A DNA stretch of 64,000 bases from Clostridia bacterium (lineage in GTDB: Bacteria; Bacillota; Clostridia; UBA1212; UBA1255): NCBI GenBank assembly GCA_017935905.1, contig JAGBGO010000035.1:36064-100063 (forward strand), read 5' to 3'. The stretch's first letter is position 1. Each line of letters starts with the position of its first letter. Made by a program: the position numbers and the translations under genes. This document shows positions 18,924 through 29,551 of the stretch, piece by piece. The notes beneath the pieces are model-generated. The model did no database searches, was not told where the DNA came from, and saw only the letters and a program-made list of their open reading frames with translations.

Positions 18924-20036
18924 TTAGTTAATAATGGTATTCTCAGTTTCCTTGTCGAACACGTGAACTTTGTTGGGGTTGATTGCAAAGCGCATGGTAT
19001 CTCCGGAATACAAGTTAGCGCGAGGCTTAACACGTGCAATGAAGAGAGAGGAACCAAGCATCATGTACAGCAAGGACTCAGCACCCAAAAGCTCTACAAC
19101 GTCAATCTTGGACTCAATCTGAGAATCCGGATACATCTCAAGGTACATAGCCTCGTCGTGTACGTGCTCAGAACGAACACCCATAACAACTTCCTTGCCG
19201 ATGTAACCCAAATCTTCAAGAACTTTACCTTTTGCTTCAGGCAATTTGATGGTCCAACGCTCGATACGAAGCTGAACGGCATCGCCTTCCTTCTCAACGC
19301 GGCAGTTTACAAAGTTCATTTGAGGAGAGCCCATGAAACCTGCAACGAACATGTTTACGGGTTTCTCGTACAAACGTTGCGGGCTGTCTACCTGCTGAAT
19401 GTAACCGTCTTTCATAACCACGATTCTGGAACCCATAGTCATAGCCTCGGTCTGGTCGTGGGTTACGTAAATAACGGTTGTTTGAAGTTTCTGGTGAAGT
19501 TTAATAATCTCTGTACGCATCTGAGCACGGAGCTTTGCGTCCAAGTTAGACAAAGGTTCGTCCATCAAGAATACTTTCGGTTCACGAACGATTGCACGAC
19601 CAAGGGCTACTCTCTGACGCTGACCACCGGACAAAGCCTTAATGGAACGGTCAAGTAAGTGCTCAATTTCCAGAATACGAGCAGCTTCTGCAACTCTCTT
19701 CTTAATCTCACCCTTCGGAGTCTTTCTCAATTTAAGACCGAATGCCATGTTCTCAAACACGGTCATGTGGGGGTACAAAGCGTAGTTCTGGAATACCATG
19801 GCGATATCACGATCCTTGGGAGCGATATCGTTTACCAACTTGCCGTCAATGAGAAGCTCACCGGACGTGATTTCCTCAAGACCTGCAACCATACGAAGCG
19901 TCGTAGACTTTCCGCAACCGGAAGGTCCTACCAATACAACGAACTCCTTATCTTCAATATCCAGATTGAAGTCGTTTACGGCTGTAACGCCGCCGGGGTA
20001 TTTCTTGTAAATGTTCTTCAATTTAACACTTGCCAT
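18924..20036 (-). CDS. Sugar ABC transporter ATP-binding protein (MsmX/MalK/UgpC type)
   Basis: Walker A (GPSGCGKST), the signature LSGGQRQR and Walker B (LMDEPLSNLD) are present. It has the C-terminal TOBE regulatory domain of MalK-type ATPases. There is no adjacent permease, as for the orphan energiser MsmX. Confidence 0.85.
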   Translation of the reverse strand: MASVKLKNIYKKYPGGVTAVNDFNLDIEDKEFVVLVGPSGCGKSTTLRMVAGLEEITSGELLIDGKLVNDIAPKDRDIAMVFQNYALYPHMTVFENMAFGLKLRKTPKGEIKKRVAEAARILEIEHLLDRSIKALSGGQRQRVALGRAIVREPKVFLMDEPLSNLDAKLRAQMRTEIIKLHQKLQTTVIYVTHDQTEAMTMGSRIVVMKDGYIQQVDSPQRLYEKPVNMFVAGFMGSPQMNFVNCRVEKEGDAVQLRIERWTIKLPEAKGKVLEDLGYIGKEVVMGVRSEHVHDEAMYLEMYPDSQIESKIDVVELLGAESLLYMMLGSSLFIARVKPRANLYSGDTMRFAINPNKVHVFDKETENTIIN

Positions 20037-20284
20037 GTTGTATATATACCTCCTGCAATTTAATATGTCTGGGCAGAATTTTTCTCTGCACTTTCACTAT
20101 GGCTACTATGATACCACAAATTTCATCCAAATAAAAGTAAAAAAACAATGACATTCCACCGCCATTTTTTATGCACCTTGCCCAAAACTTCGAAAAATGT
20201 CATAATTTCTCAACAATTCCTGTCCCGATATGTTATATTATAGAAGTGTTTTACGGAAACTACTACAGAAAGGATCGTGTCCTT

Positions 20285-21568
20285 ATGAGCAACACAACGC
20301 TTCCTACGGAAGAACAGAACAAGCAACCTTCGGAGCAGCCGAAGCAAAAGAAGGTAAAGATTAAGAAGTACAAGCTTACCGTGATGGATTACATCACCAT
20401 CGGTTTTACCGCTGTGATCGTATTGATTATGGTATTTATTTTACTTCGTACGATTCGTCCGGATTGGTTCCAATCTTCTAAGCAGAACAACGGGCAACCT
20501 TCTGCTTCCATGAGTGCTACAGAAGAGCCTTCCTCGGATCCCACCCTTTCCGACAATGGAAACACGTACGGAAACTTTTCCAATAGCCCTTGCATCGCCG
20601 AGATCGACGATCGGTTGTATTTCGTTTCCGCCGGAGATGACGCAAAGCCTTATTTGTACGTAAAGGCGGAGGGCGAGACGAGAAAATTGGTACAGGACAA
20701 CGTTTTCTGTCTGAACGTGATTTCCGATCCTTTCACCTATGCAGATGACGCCAAAGCGTACGCATACACCGTGTTCTATTTAGATGCCGACGGCAATATT
20801 TGTTGCGTGACAGACGGTCCGGTTTACAGCGATGCACCCTTTATGGAAAATGTCGTTGAGAAGAGAATCTACAAAGAGGGCGCCTACAAGTCCATTGCGG
20901 TTCGCGGCGAATATTTGTTCTTTATTGACAAGGACGGCCACGTAGGCAAGATGTCTTTAATTGAGGAAGCCTATACGGTACTCAGCAAAGAAAGCTACAA
21001 AGCGTTGTCCGTGTATGGCACCAGCATTTTTGCACAGCACGAAGACGGTACCATTTACTTGCTGTCCACGGTGGCACGCCCCGTAAGTACACCGACACCT
21101 ACGCAAGATCCTTCTGCTTCTCCCGAAGCTACGGCAACTGCAACACCTGCACCTACGGAAACTGCAACGCCGGTTCCCGGTGTGGATGAGTATGAGATTC
21201 AAATTCTGACGGAGAAAGTAACCCACTTCTGTGTAGACGGTTCTTATCTCTACACCGTTTCCGACAGCGGCATCGTTCGTCGCTCCGGCGATGGCACGAT
21301 GAAGGATACGTTAAGCAAGCGGAAAGCTGAATATATTAACGTTCTGGACGGTCAGATTTTTGTGGTTTCTCAAGGAACGCTTTACGTAGGTACGGCAGCA
21401 CAGTACGTTTCCGGCACAGAAGTTGCCATCGGCAGCGTATCCTCTTCGATCGGCATTAGTTTGACAGAGGATGCAGTATACGTATACGCCGGCGGCTTGA
21501 AGGTTTCCACCTACGATAAAGAAACAGATAAGTACAGCGCGCTTACCAAGGTGACTTTGCCGGCGTAA
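20285..21568 (+). CDS. Membrane-anchored protein with a DUF5050-like beta-propeller repeat region
   Basis: An AAAGGAT ribosome-binding site lies 9 nt before the ATG at 20285. It has an N-terminal transmembrane anchor and a Pro/Thr-rich segment. Motifs of the form hYhhxxxdGxhxk recur (RLYFVSAGDD, EYLFFIDKDGHVGKM, GTIYLLS, SYLYTVSDSGIVRR, GQIFVVSQGTLYV). Confidence 0.4.
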   Translation: MSNTTLPTEEQNKQPSEQPKQKKVKIKKYKLTVMDYITIGFTAVIVLIMVFILLRTIRPDWFQSSKQNNGQPSASMSATEEPSSDPTLSDNGNTYGNFSNSPCIAEIDDRLYFVSAGDDAKPYLYVKAEGETRKLVQDNVFCLNVISDPFTYADDAKAYAYTVFYLDADGNICCVTDGPVYSDAPFMENVVEKRIYKEGAYKSIAVRGEYLFFIDKDGHVGKMSLIEEAYTVLSKESYKALSVYGTSIFAQHEDGTIYLLSTVARPVSTPTPTQDPSASPEATATATPAPTETATPVPGVDEYEIQILTEKVTHFCVDGSYLYTVSDSGIVRRSGDGTMKDTLSKRKAEYINVLDGQIFVVSQGTLYVGTAAQYVSGTEVAIGSVSSSIGISLTEDAVYVYAGGLKVSTYDKETDKYSALTKVTLPA

Positions 21569-21592
21569 GCGGAGCGTTTTTCAAAAAAACGA

Positions 21593-21630
21593 ATCCCCGT
21601 GGTTTTTCCGAGGCCACGGGGATTTTTATA
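21593..21630. terminator. Bidirectional rho-independent terminator between convergent genes
   Basis: The hairpin ATCCCCGTGGtttttccgaggCCACGGGGAT is flanked by an A-tract upstream and TTTTTAT downstream. Confidence 0.6.
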
Positions 21631-21681
21631 AAGAGTTACGATATACGGTAAAAAGTTCGCAGGTTTCCAAAATCCATCTTC

Positions 21682-22518
21682 TTATCGAATCAATTCATAT
21701 ACGTCTTTAATGCTGTCAAACACGTAATCCGGCTTTTCGGCTTCCGGCAGCGCCGCAATGTCGTCCAATGTGGCCTCTCCCGACAACACACAAATAGAAT
21801 AAACCCCGGCATTCTTAGCAGACATAATATCCGTATGCAAGCGATCTCCCATCACAGCCACTTCGCTGTGTTTCAGACCCATTTTCTCGATTACCATATC
21901 AATCATACTGGGATTGGGTTTTCCCGCGATGAAAGAAGGCTTGCGCCCGGTGGCGCCTTCGATCATCAGCATAAAGGAACCGGCATCGGGAATCGAGCGT
22001 CCCGCTTTCATAGGACAAACCATATCCGGGTGGGTGGCCCAATAGGTTACGCCGTCTGCTAAATAATCACAGAACACGCAAAGACGGCTATATTCCAATG
22101 TGGTATCAAAACCCAACACAGCAAAATCCGGACGCTTGTCAGGATCTTCCGTATATTCCGTTACAATTTCAAAGCCTGCCTCCCGGAATGCCGTAATCAG
22201 CGCCGGTGTGCCAAGCACCACCAGGCGGGCGCCGGGCTTCACTTTATTCAAATGGAAAATAGTGGCATTCACCGACGTACAGAAATCCTCCTCTGCCGCC
22301 GCAATGCCTAATTTGCCCAACTTCTCCACGTAGGCCTGTGTATTCTTGGAAGAATTATTGGTGATATACACCGCATTTTTACCCTGAACCTTCAAAGTTT
22401 CCAAGAAGTCCAGCGTGCCGTCAAATAACGTGGTATCCAAATAAATGGTACCGTCCATATCCAACAGGAAATATTTTACATTTTTCAGCGGTGCGGGATC
22501 TTTCGTATTTCGTTGCAT
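21682..22518 (-). CDS. HAD-superfamily subfamily IIA hydrolase (NagD/p-nitrophenylphosphatase-like)
   Basis: It has the FLLDMDGTIY motif I, the ...YITNNSSK motif and a C-terminal GD...D motif. Confidence 0.75.
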   Translation of the reverse strand: MQRNTKDPAPLKNVKYFLLDMDGTIYLDTTLFDGTLDFLETLKVQGKNAVYITNNSSKNTQAYVEKLGKLGIAAAEEDFCTSVNATIFHLNKVKPGARLVVLGTPALITAFREAGFEIVTEYTEDPDKRPDFAVLGFDTTLEYSRLCVFCDYLADGVTYWATHPDMVCPMKAGRSIPDAGSFMLMIEGATGRKPSFIAGKPNPSMIDMVIEKMGLKHSEVAVMGDRLHTDIMSAKNAGVYSICVLSGEATLDDIAALPEAEKPDYVFDSIKDVYELIR

Positions 22519-22519
22519 C

Positions 22520-24688
22520 TTATTTACCTCCTATGCGGGACATACTTCTTTGTGCCATCACTAAATCGTGGTAAATGCCTTTCTTAGCCAACAATTCTTC
22601 GTGAGTACCCACTTCTGCAAGGCCGCCTTTGTCCAATACGAAAATGCGGGTAGCATTGCGCAGGGTGGAAAGTCGGTGGGCAATGGCAATCGTCGTGCGA
22701 TCCTGAATCAAAATCTGCAAAGCATCCTGAATCTGTTTTTCCGTCTCCGTATCCAAGGATGCGGTAGCCTCGTCCAGAATTAAAATCTTTGGATCCCGAA
22801 GCAGCGCCCGGGCAATGGCAATGCGTTGCCGTTCTCCTCCGGACAACGTCTGACCTTTCTCCCCCACTCGGGTTTGGTAGCCCTGGGGCAATTTACAAAT
22901 AAACTCGTGGGCACCGGCAATCTTAGCGGCGCGGATAATTTCATCTCGGGTCGCCGTAGGTTTCGCGTAGCGCAGATTGTCGTAGACACTGCCGGCAAAC
23001 AGGAAAGTTTCCTGCAGCACCGCACCCACTTGGGAGCGGAGAGATTCCTGAGAAAACGTGCGAATATCCGTGCCATCGATGCGGATTTCCCCTTCCGTTA
23101 CGTCATACAGACGCATCACCAGGTTAATCAACGTAGATTTGCCCACACCGGAATGCCCCACAAGCCCGATCATTTCACCGGGGTGAATTTCAAAGGAAAT
23201 ATCCTTTAACACTTCCGAAGTCGGATCGTAGCCAAAGGAAACGTGATCGAAGGTAATGGTGCCTTCAATCTCTACGTCCTTGGCAGCTTCCGTATCCGCA
23301 ACTTCCGGCGTTTCATCCAGCACGTCAAACAAACGCACCAGTGCGGTGACCGCCCGCGCCAGGGCAGTGGGAATTCTGGTGAGCCATTGGATGGGCCCGT
23401 AAATCAGGGATACGTACGACGTAAACATCGTAGCCTCACCAATGGTCATAGTGCCGCCCAAAATTTTCTTTCCCGTGTAATACAACAAGAAGTACGTGCC
23501 CAGCGTTAAAGAAAAACGAATAAAGGGAGAAACCTTCGCCCAGAAAACTTCGTTGCGCACGGCAATCTGCCGTTCCTCGCCTGCCGCGCTACCGTAGCGC
23601 TCCGCCTCCCGGTCTTCCGTACCGTAAGACTTTACCACCCGGATGCCGGAGAAAATATCAAACAACACGTTTCCGGCACGGCTGCCGGCACGCCACTGCT
23701 GACCGTAGAGCTTTCGCACCTTGTGATGGAAGCCTCGCATCGCGGCAATAGCAATAGGCATGGGTAAAATGACGATTAAGAACAACCGCCAATCGTATGC
23801 CAGCATAACGCCGGCGATGGCAAGAAGCAACAACACTTGCCCAAAAATATTGGGAATTTCATATACGATAAAAGCTTGTACGTCCTGAGTATCTTGCCCA
23901 ACCCTTTGAATCAATTCACCGGCAGTCCGACGGGAGATTTGGGAGAGGGACATACTGTGGACTTTTTCAAAAACGTTTTCCCGAAGGCGCACGGAAATCC
24001 GCACGGCAGCTTGCATAATGGTAATGTTTCGCAGGATATTCACCACTTCATTGAGCAAGTAAACGCCCAACATAGAAAGTACCACTGCTACAAAGCCCGC
24101 AGCCACTTGTCCCGGTGCAGATTGCACCAAGGCTTGCATTTCGCTGTTTCTGATGTAATGGTCTACCAGAACTTTGCTCACGTAAGGGCCTAACAAGCCT
24201 ACTGCCGCTGCCAGCAAGAAGAATACAGCGGATCCAATTAAATATTTCTTGTACGGCAGTGCCAGTTGTACAAATCGGGCAAAAACTTTCTTTTTGTCCA
24301 CGCATTTCATACAAACGCTGTCGGGTCTTGGCAATTTCGCACCGCACTTGGGACATTTTGCAGTACCGGCGACTTGTAAATCTTCCGGAAAATCCCCGTT
24401 TTTCTTGTAAAGATTCAGCAAACGCACGACTTCCGCAAACAAATTGCGGTGCTCCATAGTACTGCGACACAGAATGCGGAAATGGCCTTCTGCATCTTTA
24501 TATTCTAAAGAAACGCTGCCATTTTCCCCACGAAGCAAGAACTCCTGCACGTCGGAAAAAGCCACAACCCGCGCCTGTTCGCCGTCTTCAAAGCACGTCA
24601 AAACCTCCCGGGTCACTTCCACCCGGCCTGTACATAGGTCGCCGCCCAGCGTCAGGTTATATCGAATTTCATTTCCAGCCGCCTTCAA
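22520..24688 (-). CDS. ABC exporter (fused TMD-NBD half transporter) with a ~150-aa N-terminal cytoplasmic extension ending in a zinc ribbon
   Basis: A TTG start is preceded by an AAGGAGG ribosome-binding site. The N-terminal extension contains CPKCGAKLPRPDSVCMKC. Six transmembrane helices and a C-terminal nucleotide-binding domain follow, with Walker A GHSGVGKST, LSGGERQR and ILILDEATASLD. Confidence 0.75.
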   Translation of the reverse strand: MKAAGNEIRYNLTLGGDLCTGRVEVTREVLTCFEDGEQARVVAFSDVQEFLLRGENGSVSLEYKDAEGHFRILCRSTMEHRNLFAEVVRLLNLYKKNGDFPEDLQVAGTAKCPKCGAKLPRPDSVCMKCVDKKKVFARFVQLALPYKKYLIGSAVFFLLAAAVGLLGPYVSKVLVDHYIRNSEMQALVQSAPGQVAAGFVAVVLSMLGVYLLNEVVNILRNITIMQAAVRISVRLRENVFEKVHSMSLSQISRRTAGELIQRVGQDTQDVQAFIVYEIPNIFGQVLLLLAIAGVMLAYDWRLFLIVILPMPIAIAAMRGFHHKVRKLYGQQWRAGSRAGNVLFDIFSGIRVVKSYGTEDREAERYGSAAGEERQIAVRNEVFWAKVSPFIRFSLTLGTYFLLYYTGKKILGGTMTIGEATMFTSYVSLIYGPIQWLTRIPTALARAVTALVRLFDVLDETPEVADTEAAKDVEIEGTITFDHVSFGYDPTSEVLKDISFEIHPGEMIGLVGHSGVGKSTLINLVMRLYDVTEGEIRIDGTDIRTFSQESLRSQVGAVLQETFLFAGSVYDNLRYAKPTATRDEIIRAAKIAGAHEFICKLPQGYQTRVGEKGQTLSGGERQRIAIARALLRDPKILILDEATASLDTETEKQIQDALQILIQDRTTIAIAHRLSTLRNATRIFVLDKGGLAEVGTHEELLAKKGIYHDLVMAQRSMSRIGGK

Positions 24689-24702
24689 CAGCCCAAGCCT
24701 CC

Positions 24703-25224
24703 TTACAAATACAGTTCCAAATGACGGTAACTCTTACGCGGGAGTGCATCCACGCTCATAATTTCATACACGTTGCCGTCCACGTCGTACACCAGCAAAT
24801 GGTCCGGCGTGATTTTGGTAATAGAGCGGTAGGTGTCCTGCACAGAGAACGATTTCTTGCCGCTTGCCGTAGTCACGTCCCAGTGAGTAAATCCGTACCG
24901 TTCTTTAATTTTCTCAATGGACAGGATTTCCCGGGTAAAATATTTTCTGGAAAGTTCCGTTCTGCAAGCCTCCCGGCTCTCTTCCGAAAGCTCCTGCAAA
25001 TCCCGGATCAAGCCAATTTCTTTCATCTCGCAATCCGTTACAGAAATATGGGTTTCCGGCTCATCAAAGGGAAAACACCGACTGAGCAGCACCCGGTCGT
25101 AATGTTCCTCTCCCATATCCATAGACAAAAATCCCTCGTCGTCACAAAAGGATGCGTTGTCCTTCGTAAGCCACGTAACGTCCACAATCCCGGATAATCC
25201 GTCTTTCTTTTGCTTCTCTTCCAT
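24703..25224 (-). CDS. Hypothetical cytoplasmic protein encoded between the two ABC exporter genes; possibly DUF1854-like
   Basis: The 173-aa protein is acidic and tightly packed between two ABC genes, with its stop overlapping the next ribosome-binding site. The family assignment is from memory only. Confidence 0.35.
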   Translation of the reverse strand: MEEKQKKDGLSGIVDVTWLTKDNASFCDDEGFLSMDMGEEHYDRVLLSRCFPFDEPETHISVTDCEMKEIGLIRDLQELSEESREACRTELSRKYFTREILSIEKIKERYGFTHWDVTTASGKKSFSVQDTYRSITKITPDHLLVYDVDGNVYEIMSVDALPRKSYRHLELYL

Positions 25225-25227
25225 ACT

Positions 25228-27441
25228 TTACTCCTCCACACCGATATTCTTCAGTGCGCTTAACTGAAGTTGATATAACCGGTAATAAATTCCTTTTTGT
25301 TTCAAAAGCTCCACGTGGGTGCCGGTTTCCGGCATCTTTCCCTTCTCAATGACAATTAAACTGTCCGCATTGCGCAGGGTGGAAAGTCTGTGGGCGATCA
25401 TAATGGTGGTCCGGTTCTCCGAAAGTCGTTCCAGGGCCTCCTGAATGGTGCGCTCCGTGGCCGTATCCATGGCCGCCGTGGCTTCATCCAAAATTAAAAT
25501 CTTAGGGTCTTTCAAAATGGCGCGGGCAATGGAAATCCGCTGTCGCTCTCCCCCGGATAAATCCTGATGTCCAAAGCCGATCTTGGTATGATAGCCGTTG
25601 GGCAACCGCATAATAAAATCATGGGCACCGGCAATCCGCGCCGCATGCAGAATTTCTTCTTTGGAAGCGTCCGGATTGGCGTAGGCAATATTCTCCAGCA
25701 CCGTGCCTGCAAATAAATAAGTTTCCTGAGAAACGATGGACACGCTTCTGCGCAAATCCTCAAAAGCCATATCTTTCACATTGACGCCGTCGATATAAAC
25801 GCCGCCGGAATCCACGTCATACAAGCGAATCAACAGATTCGCAAGGGTACTCTTGCCGGCACCGGAATGGCCTACGATACCTAAACGGTGTCCGGCGGAA
25901 ATTTTGAAAGAAATCCCTTCCAGCGTCTTGCGCCCTTTCTCATAAGAGAACTCCACGTCCCGGAACTCCACGTCTCCCCGAATTTCCGGCATAGACACAG
26001 GATGCTCCGCTTCCACAACGTCGGGAGAAGCGTCCGCAATTTCAAACAAACGTTGCATGCCGTTGACGCACCGGGTAAAATTATCCGACATATTGACAAA
26101 GCTAAACATAGGACCGTTCAAAATGCCCACGTAGGAAATAAATACCATTAAAGTACCGTAGGTAATCTGTCCTTTCATCGCCATCCAGCCGCCCACGCCC
26201 CAGACCAGTAAAGTGGAGAAATAAATCAGCAAATTCAAAGACGGGTGACGGGTGTTGTGGAAATACGTCAATTTTCTGGTCATCTCCGCCGCTTGTGTTG
26301 AGTAATAGTTGAATCGGCCGGTCTCTTCTTTCTCCCGGGCAAAGGCTTTCACCACCCGAACGCCGTTCAAAGAGTCGGACAGCACGCTGTTCATAGAGCG
26401 GTTCCGGGCATAACTTCTGGCATTCATCCACCGCTGCTGTTTCAGCACCCGGGTGACGGCATACAGGTAAAATGGCAGCGGAATGAGGGACGCAATGGCC
26501 AAAGGCACGTCAATGGTCAGCATTAAAATAAACACCGTCACCACTTGAATCAGGCTGGAGAAGAACACGGGAAAACCGTTTACAAAGAACCAGTAAATGG
26601 CATTGGAGTCCCGGTTAATCTGGGTCATCAAGCCGCCGGTCTGCCGCCCTGTAAAGAAGCGCATAGACAGTCTGCGAATGCTGTCGAAAATGGTGCGTTT
26701 CAAGTCGTAAATAATCCTGGCAGAGACTTTCGCCGTTACAATATCGCTGACCATCGTAATAAGAATCGTAGCGATTTGCGTGGCCAGCATCAGCGTAACC
26801 ACAAACAAAAGATCTCCGTAGAACTTTCCCCGAATATCCAGCACTTGGTCGTAGAAGAACGACGTGGACAAATACGGAGAAACGATGCCCAATATACTGG
26901 TAATGGCCATAGCCAAAAGGGCCAGCAGAATCTGTCCCTTGAATTTCTTGGCAAGGGTTAAGAATCGACCCACAATACTGGCTTTGTCCATACAGTCAGG
27001 ACAAACCTTTCGGTTTGGATCGGGATAACGGCGGTGACATTTCGGGCAAAATTGCTCCTGCAGGAAATCCTGTTCGTCTACCGTAATCTCACCGGTATCC
27101 ATTTGCATTTTTAAGTATTTAGCGAAAAGCCGGCACTCTTGCTTTCGGCTGTTGGTTAAAGTAGCAAGCAGCTTCCGCTTCCCTTGATATTCTCCAATGA
27201 ATACGCAAGTGCCGATCTTCTCTTCAATGGCTGGATTCTGTAAATCTTTCAAGGCATAGGTTTGGACGCGGTCTCCGTCGGAAATCAGCAGCGTGTCTTT
27301 GGTGGCCGCCAAAACGATTTCCCGCTCGTCATAATGGGCATTCAAATCCGCCCGGGCAAACAAAAGAACGTCCTCCGGGCTAACTTTCATCTTATGTAAT
27401 ATTTCGCCTGCACCATCGGTGCGTTGCGATAATTCCAACAT
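25228..27441 (-). CDS. ABC exporter (fused TMD-NBD) paralogue with an N-terminal zinc-ribbon extension
   Basis: The N-terminal ~150 aa contain CPKCHRRYPDPNRKVCPDC. Transmembrane helices and a nucleotide-binding domain follow (GHSGAGKST, LSGGERQR, ILILDEATAAMD). Confidence 0.75.
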   Translation of the reverse strand: MLELSQRTDGAGEILHKMKVSPEDVLLFARADLNAHYDEREIVLAATKDTLLISDGDRVQTYALKDLQNPAIEEKIGTCVFIGEYQGKRKLLATLTNSRKQECRLFAKYLKMQMDTGEITVDEQDFLQEQFCPKCHRRYPDPNRKVCPDCMDKASIVGRFLTLAKKFKGQILLALLAMAITSILGIVSPYLSTSFFYDQVLDIRGKFYGDLLFVVTLMLATQIATILITMVSDIVTAKVSARIIYDLKRTIFDSIRRLSMRFFTGRQTGGLMTQINRDSNAIYWFFVNGFPVFFSSLIQVVTVFILMLTIDVPLAIASLIPLPFYLYAVTRVLKQQRWMNARSYARNRSMNSVLSDSLNGVRVVKAFAREKEETGRFNYYSTQAAEMTRKLTYFHNTRHPSLNLLIYFSTLLVWGVGGWMAMKGQITYGTLMVFISYVGILNGPMFSFVNMSDNFTRCVNGMQRLFEIADASPDVVEAEHPVSMPEIRGDVEFRDVEFSYEKGRKTLEGISFKISAGHRLGIVGHSGAGKSTLANLLIRLYDVDSGGVYIDGVNVKDMAFEDLRRSVSIVSQETYLFAGTVLENIAYANPDASKEEILHAARIAGAHDFIMRLPNGYHTKIGFGHQDLSGGERQRISIARAILKDPKILILDEATAAMDTATERTIQEALERLSENRTTIMIAHRLSTLRNADSLIVIEKGKMPETGTHVELLKQKGIYYRLYQLQLSALKNIGVEE

Positions 27442-27456
27442 ACGAAACAATCTTCC

Positions 27457-27945
27457 TTACTCTTCCGCAATTTGGCTGTACGTAATGGTGAGCACGTATC
27501 CGTCTGCGTCAATCAAAAACGTAAGCACCGTATCTTTCTTTGTGTAAATTAAATTTCCGTGCAAAGGATCCTCTATAAATTCCGTGCCGTATGCCGAAAG
27601 GACAGTCTCACGTGTATCGCCTATGGCCACTTCCTCTTCCGTGGTGACCGCATTGCTGCGAAGGATAATCGACGTGATCACTTCTTTATTTTGCACCATG
27701 CCGGTAATTACCATAAAATGGGGATACGTATAGGTGGTTTGATCGCCTTCCGGAATGCGGTTCTCATAAGTGCCAAACGCTTCTTCCCCGATGGAGAACT
27801 CGGTGCCTACCCGCACGCCTTGAAATTCAAAATAAGGTTTCTCATCAGGCGGTGTGACTGCGGGCTTTCGCTGCTTGCAACCCCCGAAAAAACACAGGGT
27901 GCATGCCAAAAGGATCGTGCAAATCACCAACTTACCCTTACCCAT
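27457..27945 (-). CDS. Putative lipoprotein
   Basis: The start MGKGKLVICTILLACTLCFFGGC has a lipobox-like FFGGC. A ribosome-binding site precedes it. It is the first gene of the lipoprotein-ABC-x-ABC operon. Confidence 0.5.
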   Translation of the reverse strand: MGKGKLVICTILLACTLCFFGGCKQRKPAVTPPDEKPYFEFQGVRVGTEFSIGEEAFGTYENRIPEGDQTTYTYPHFMVITGMVQNKEVITSIILRSNAVTTEEEVAIGDTRETVLSAYGTEFIEDPLHGNLIYTKKDTVLTFLIDADGYVLTITYSQIAEE

Positions 27946-28037
27946 AGAAACCCCACCTTTCTTGCAAAAAAACATACGCTATTATGATAATTTATTTCCC
28001 GCCTACTGTCAAGAAATATCGGCCTTTTTTACGCATT

Positions 28038-28066
28038 GCAACCCCTTGCCAATTATGTTACAATGA
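28038..28066 (+). promoter_or_regulatory. Sigma-A-type promoter for pgi
   Basis: TTGCAA-17-TACAAT lies upstream of the pgi ribosome-binding site. Confidence 0.45.
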
Positions 28067-28098
28067 CCCTGTTATTTTATCATAAAGGTGGTTTGACT

Positions 28099-29430
28099 AT
28101 GAGTTTTATCCGTTTTGATTACACGCGTGCAGACAAATTCTTGTCTGAAGATGAAATTTTGAATTTAAAGGGCCAGGTGGTAGATGCCCACAACACCCTG
28201 CACAACAAGACCGGTGCCGGCAGCGATTTTACCGGTTGGGTAGATCTTCCCGTGAATTATGACAAGGAAGAATACGCACGTCTTAAGAAATGCGTAGAGA
28301 AGATCCGCAAAGATTCTCAGATTCTTGTGGTGGTTGGTATCGGCGGTTCCTATTTGGGTGCCCGCGCTGCCATTGAAATGCTCAGTCCTTCTTTCTACAA
28401 CGTTGAGTGTATTGCCGGCAAGAAAGGTGCGATTCGCAAGTCCGATACGGCGGTGATTTTCGCCGGCAACAGCATCAGCTCCAACTATTTGGCAGACCTT
28501 ATGGATTTAATTGAAGGTTGCGATATTTCCGTAAACGTAATTTCTAAATCCGGTACCACCACGGAGCCTGCTATCGCTTTCCGTATTTTGAAAGAATATA
28601 TGGAGAAGAAATACGGCAAGGCTGAGGCCGCTAAGAGAATTTACGCTACAACCGACAAGGCACGAGGTGCTCTTCGCACCTTGGCGACGCAGGAAGGTTA
28701 CGAGACGTTCGTAATTCCCGATGACGTAGGCGGCCGTTACTCCGTATTAACTCCCGTTGGTTTGCTGCCGATCGGCGTTGCCGGTATGGATTTGGATCAG
28801 ATTATGAAAGGTGCGAAAGATGCATACGATCGCTATTTTGAGCCGGACGTAACCAAGAACGATTGCTACGCCTATGCGGCTGCCCGCAATGCTTTGTACC
28901 GCAAAGGTAAGACCATTGAGATTATGGTAAACTACGAGCCTTCTCTTCACTATATGACCGAGTGGTGGAAACAACTCTACGGCGAGAGCGAAGGCAAAGA
29001 CGGCAAAGGTATCTTCCCTGCAGGGGTAGATTTCAGTACTGATCTTCACTCCATGGGCCAGTACATTCAAGACGGTATCCGGAATTTGTTCGAAACTGTT
29101 TTGTTGGTAGAGGCACCCCGTCGCTCCGTCATCATCGAGGCAGACGAGGCAAACTTGGATGGACTCAATTATCTTGCCGGCATGGACGTAGATTACGTAA
29201 ATAAGCAAGCGGCAGAAGGTACGTTCCTCGCTCACAGAGACGGCGGCGTTCCCAACTTGTTCTTGAACATCCCTGCTTTGGATGAATACAACTTCGGCGC
29301 TTTGGTTTACTTCTTCGAGAAGGCTTGCGGCATCAGCGGCTATATGTTAGGCGTGAATCCTTTCAACCAGCCCGGCGTGGAGGCGTACAAGAAGAATATG
29401 TTCCACTTGTTAGGGAAGCCCGGATATTGA
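28099..29430 (+). CDS. pgi: Glucose-6-phosphate isomerase (short bacterial type)
   Basis: [15 protein letters not shown]... is about 444 aa with the PGI family signature regions and the SIS fold. An AAAGGTGG ribosome-binding site is present. Confidence 0.85.
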   Translation: MSFIRFDYTRADKFLSEDEILNLKGQVVDAHNTLHNKTGAGSDFTGWVDLPVNYDKEEYARLKKCVEKIRKDSQILVVVGIGGSYLGARAAIEMLSPSFYNVECIAGKKGAIRKSDTAVIFAGNSISSNYLADLMDLIEGCDISVNVISKSGTTTEPAIAFRILKEYMEKKYGKAEAAKRIYATTDKARGALRTLATQEGYETFVIPDDVGGRYSVLTPVGLLPIGVAGMDLDQIMKGAKDAYDRYFEPDVTKNDCYAYAAARNALYRKGKTIEIMVNYEPSLHYMTEWWKQLYGESEGKDGKGIFPAGVDFSTDLHSMGQYIQDGIRNLFETVLLVEAPRRSVIIEADEANLDGLNYLAGMDVDYVNKQAAEGTFLAHRDGGVPNLFLNIPALDEYNFGALVYFFEKACGISGYMLGVNPFNQPGVEAYKKNMFHLLGKPGY

Positions 29431-29458
29431 TTTTGGTAAAATGGTTTGAATTTGAAAG

Positions 29459-29491
29459 CGACCGCTCCTGTTGAGCGGTCGTTTTTGTGTT
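29459..29491 (+). terminator. Rho-independent terminator of pgi
   Basis: The hairpin CGACCGCTCctgttGAGCGGTCG is followed by TTTTTGTGTT. Confidence 0.65.
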
Positions 29492-29551
29492 GCGAATGAT
29501 GCCGATAGGTTGTAAACAAGCATAAAACGATGCTTCACGACCTATTCGCCA

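Noticed and set aside
18963-20063. Plus-strand ORFs antisense to the MsmX-like ATPase gene
   Set aside because: The Walker motifs are unambiguous on the minus strand. The plus frames are shadows.
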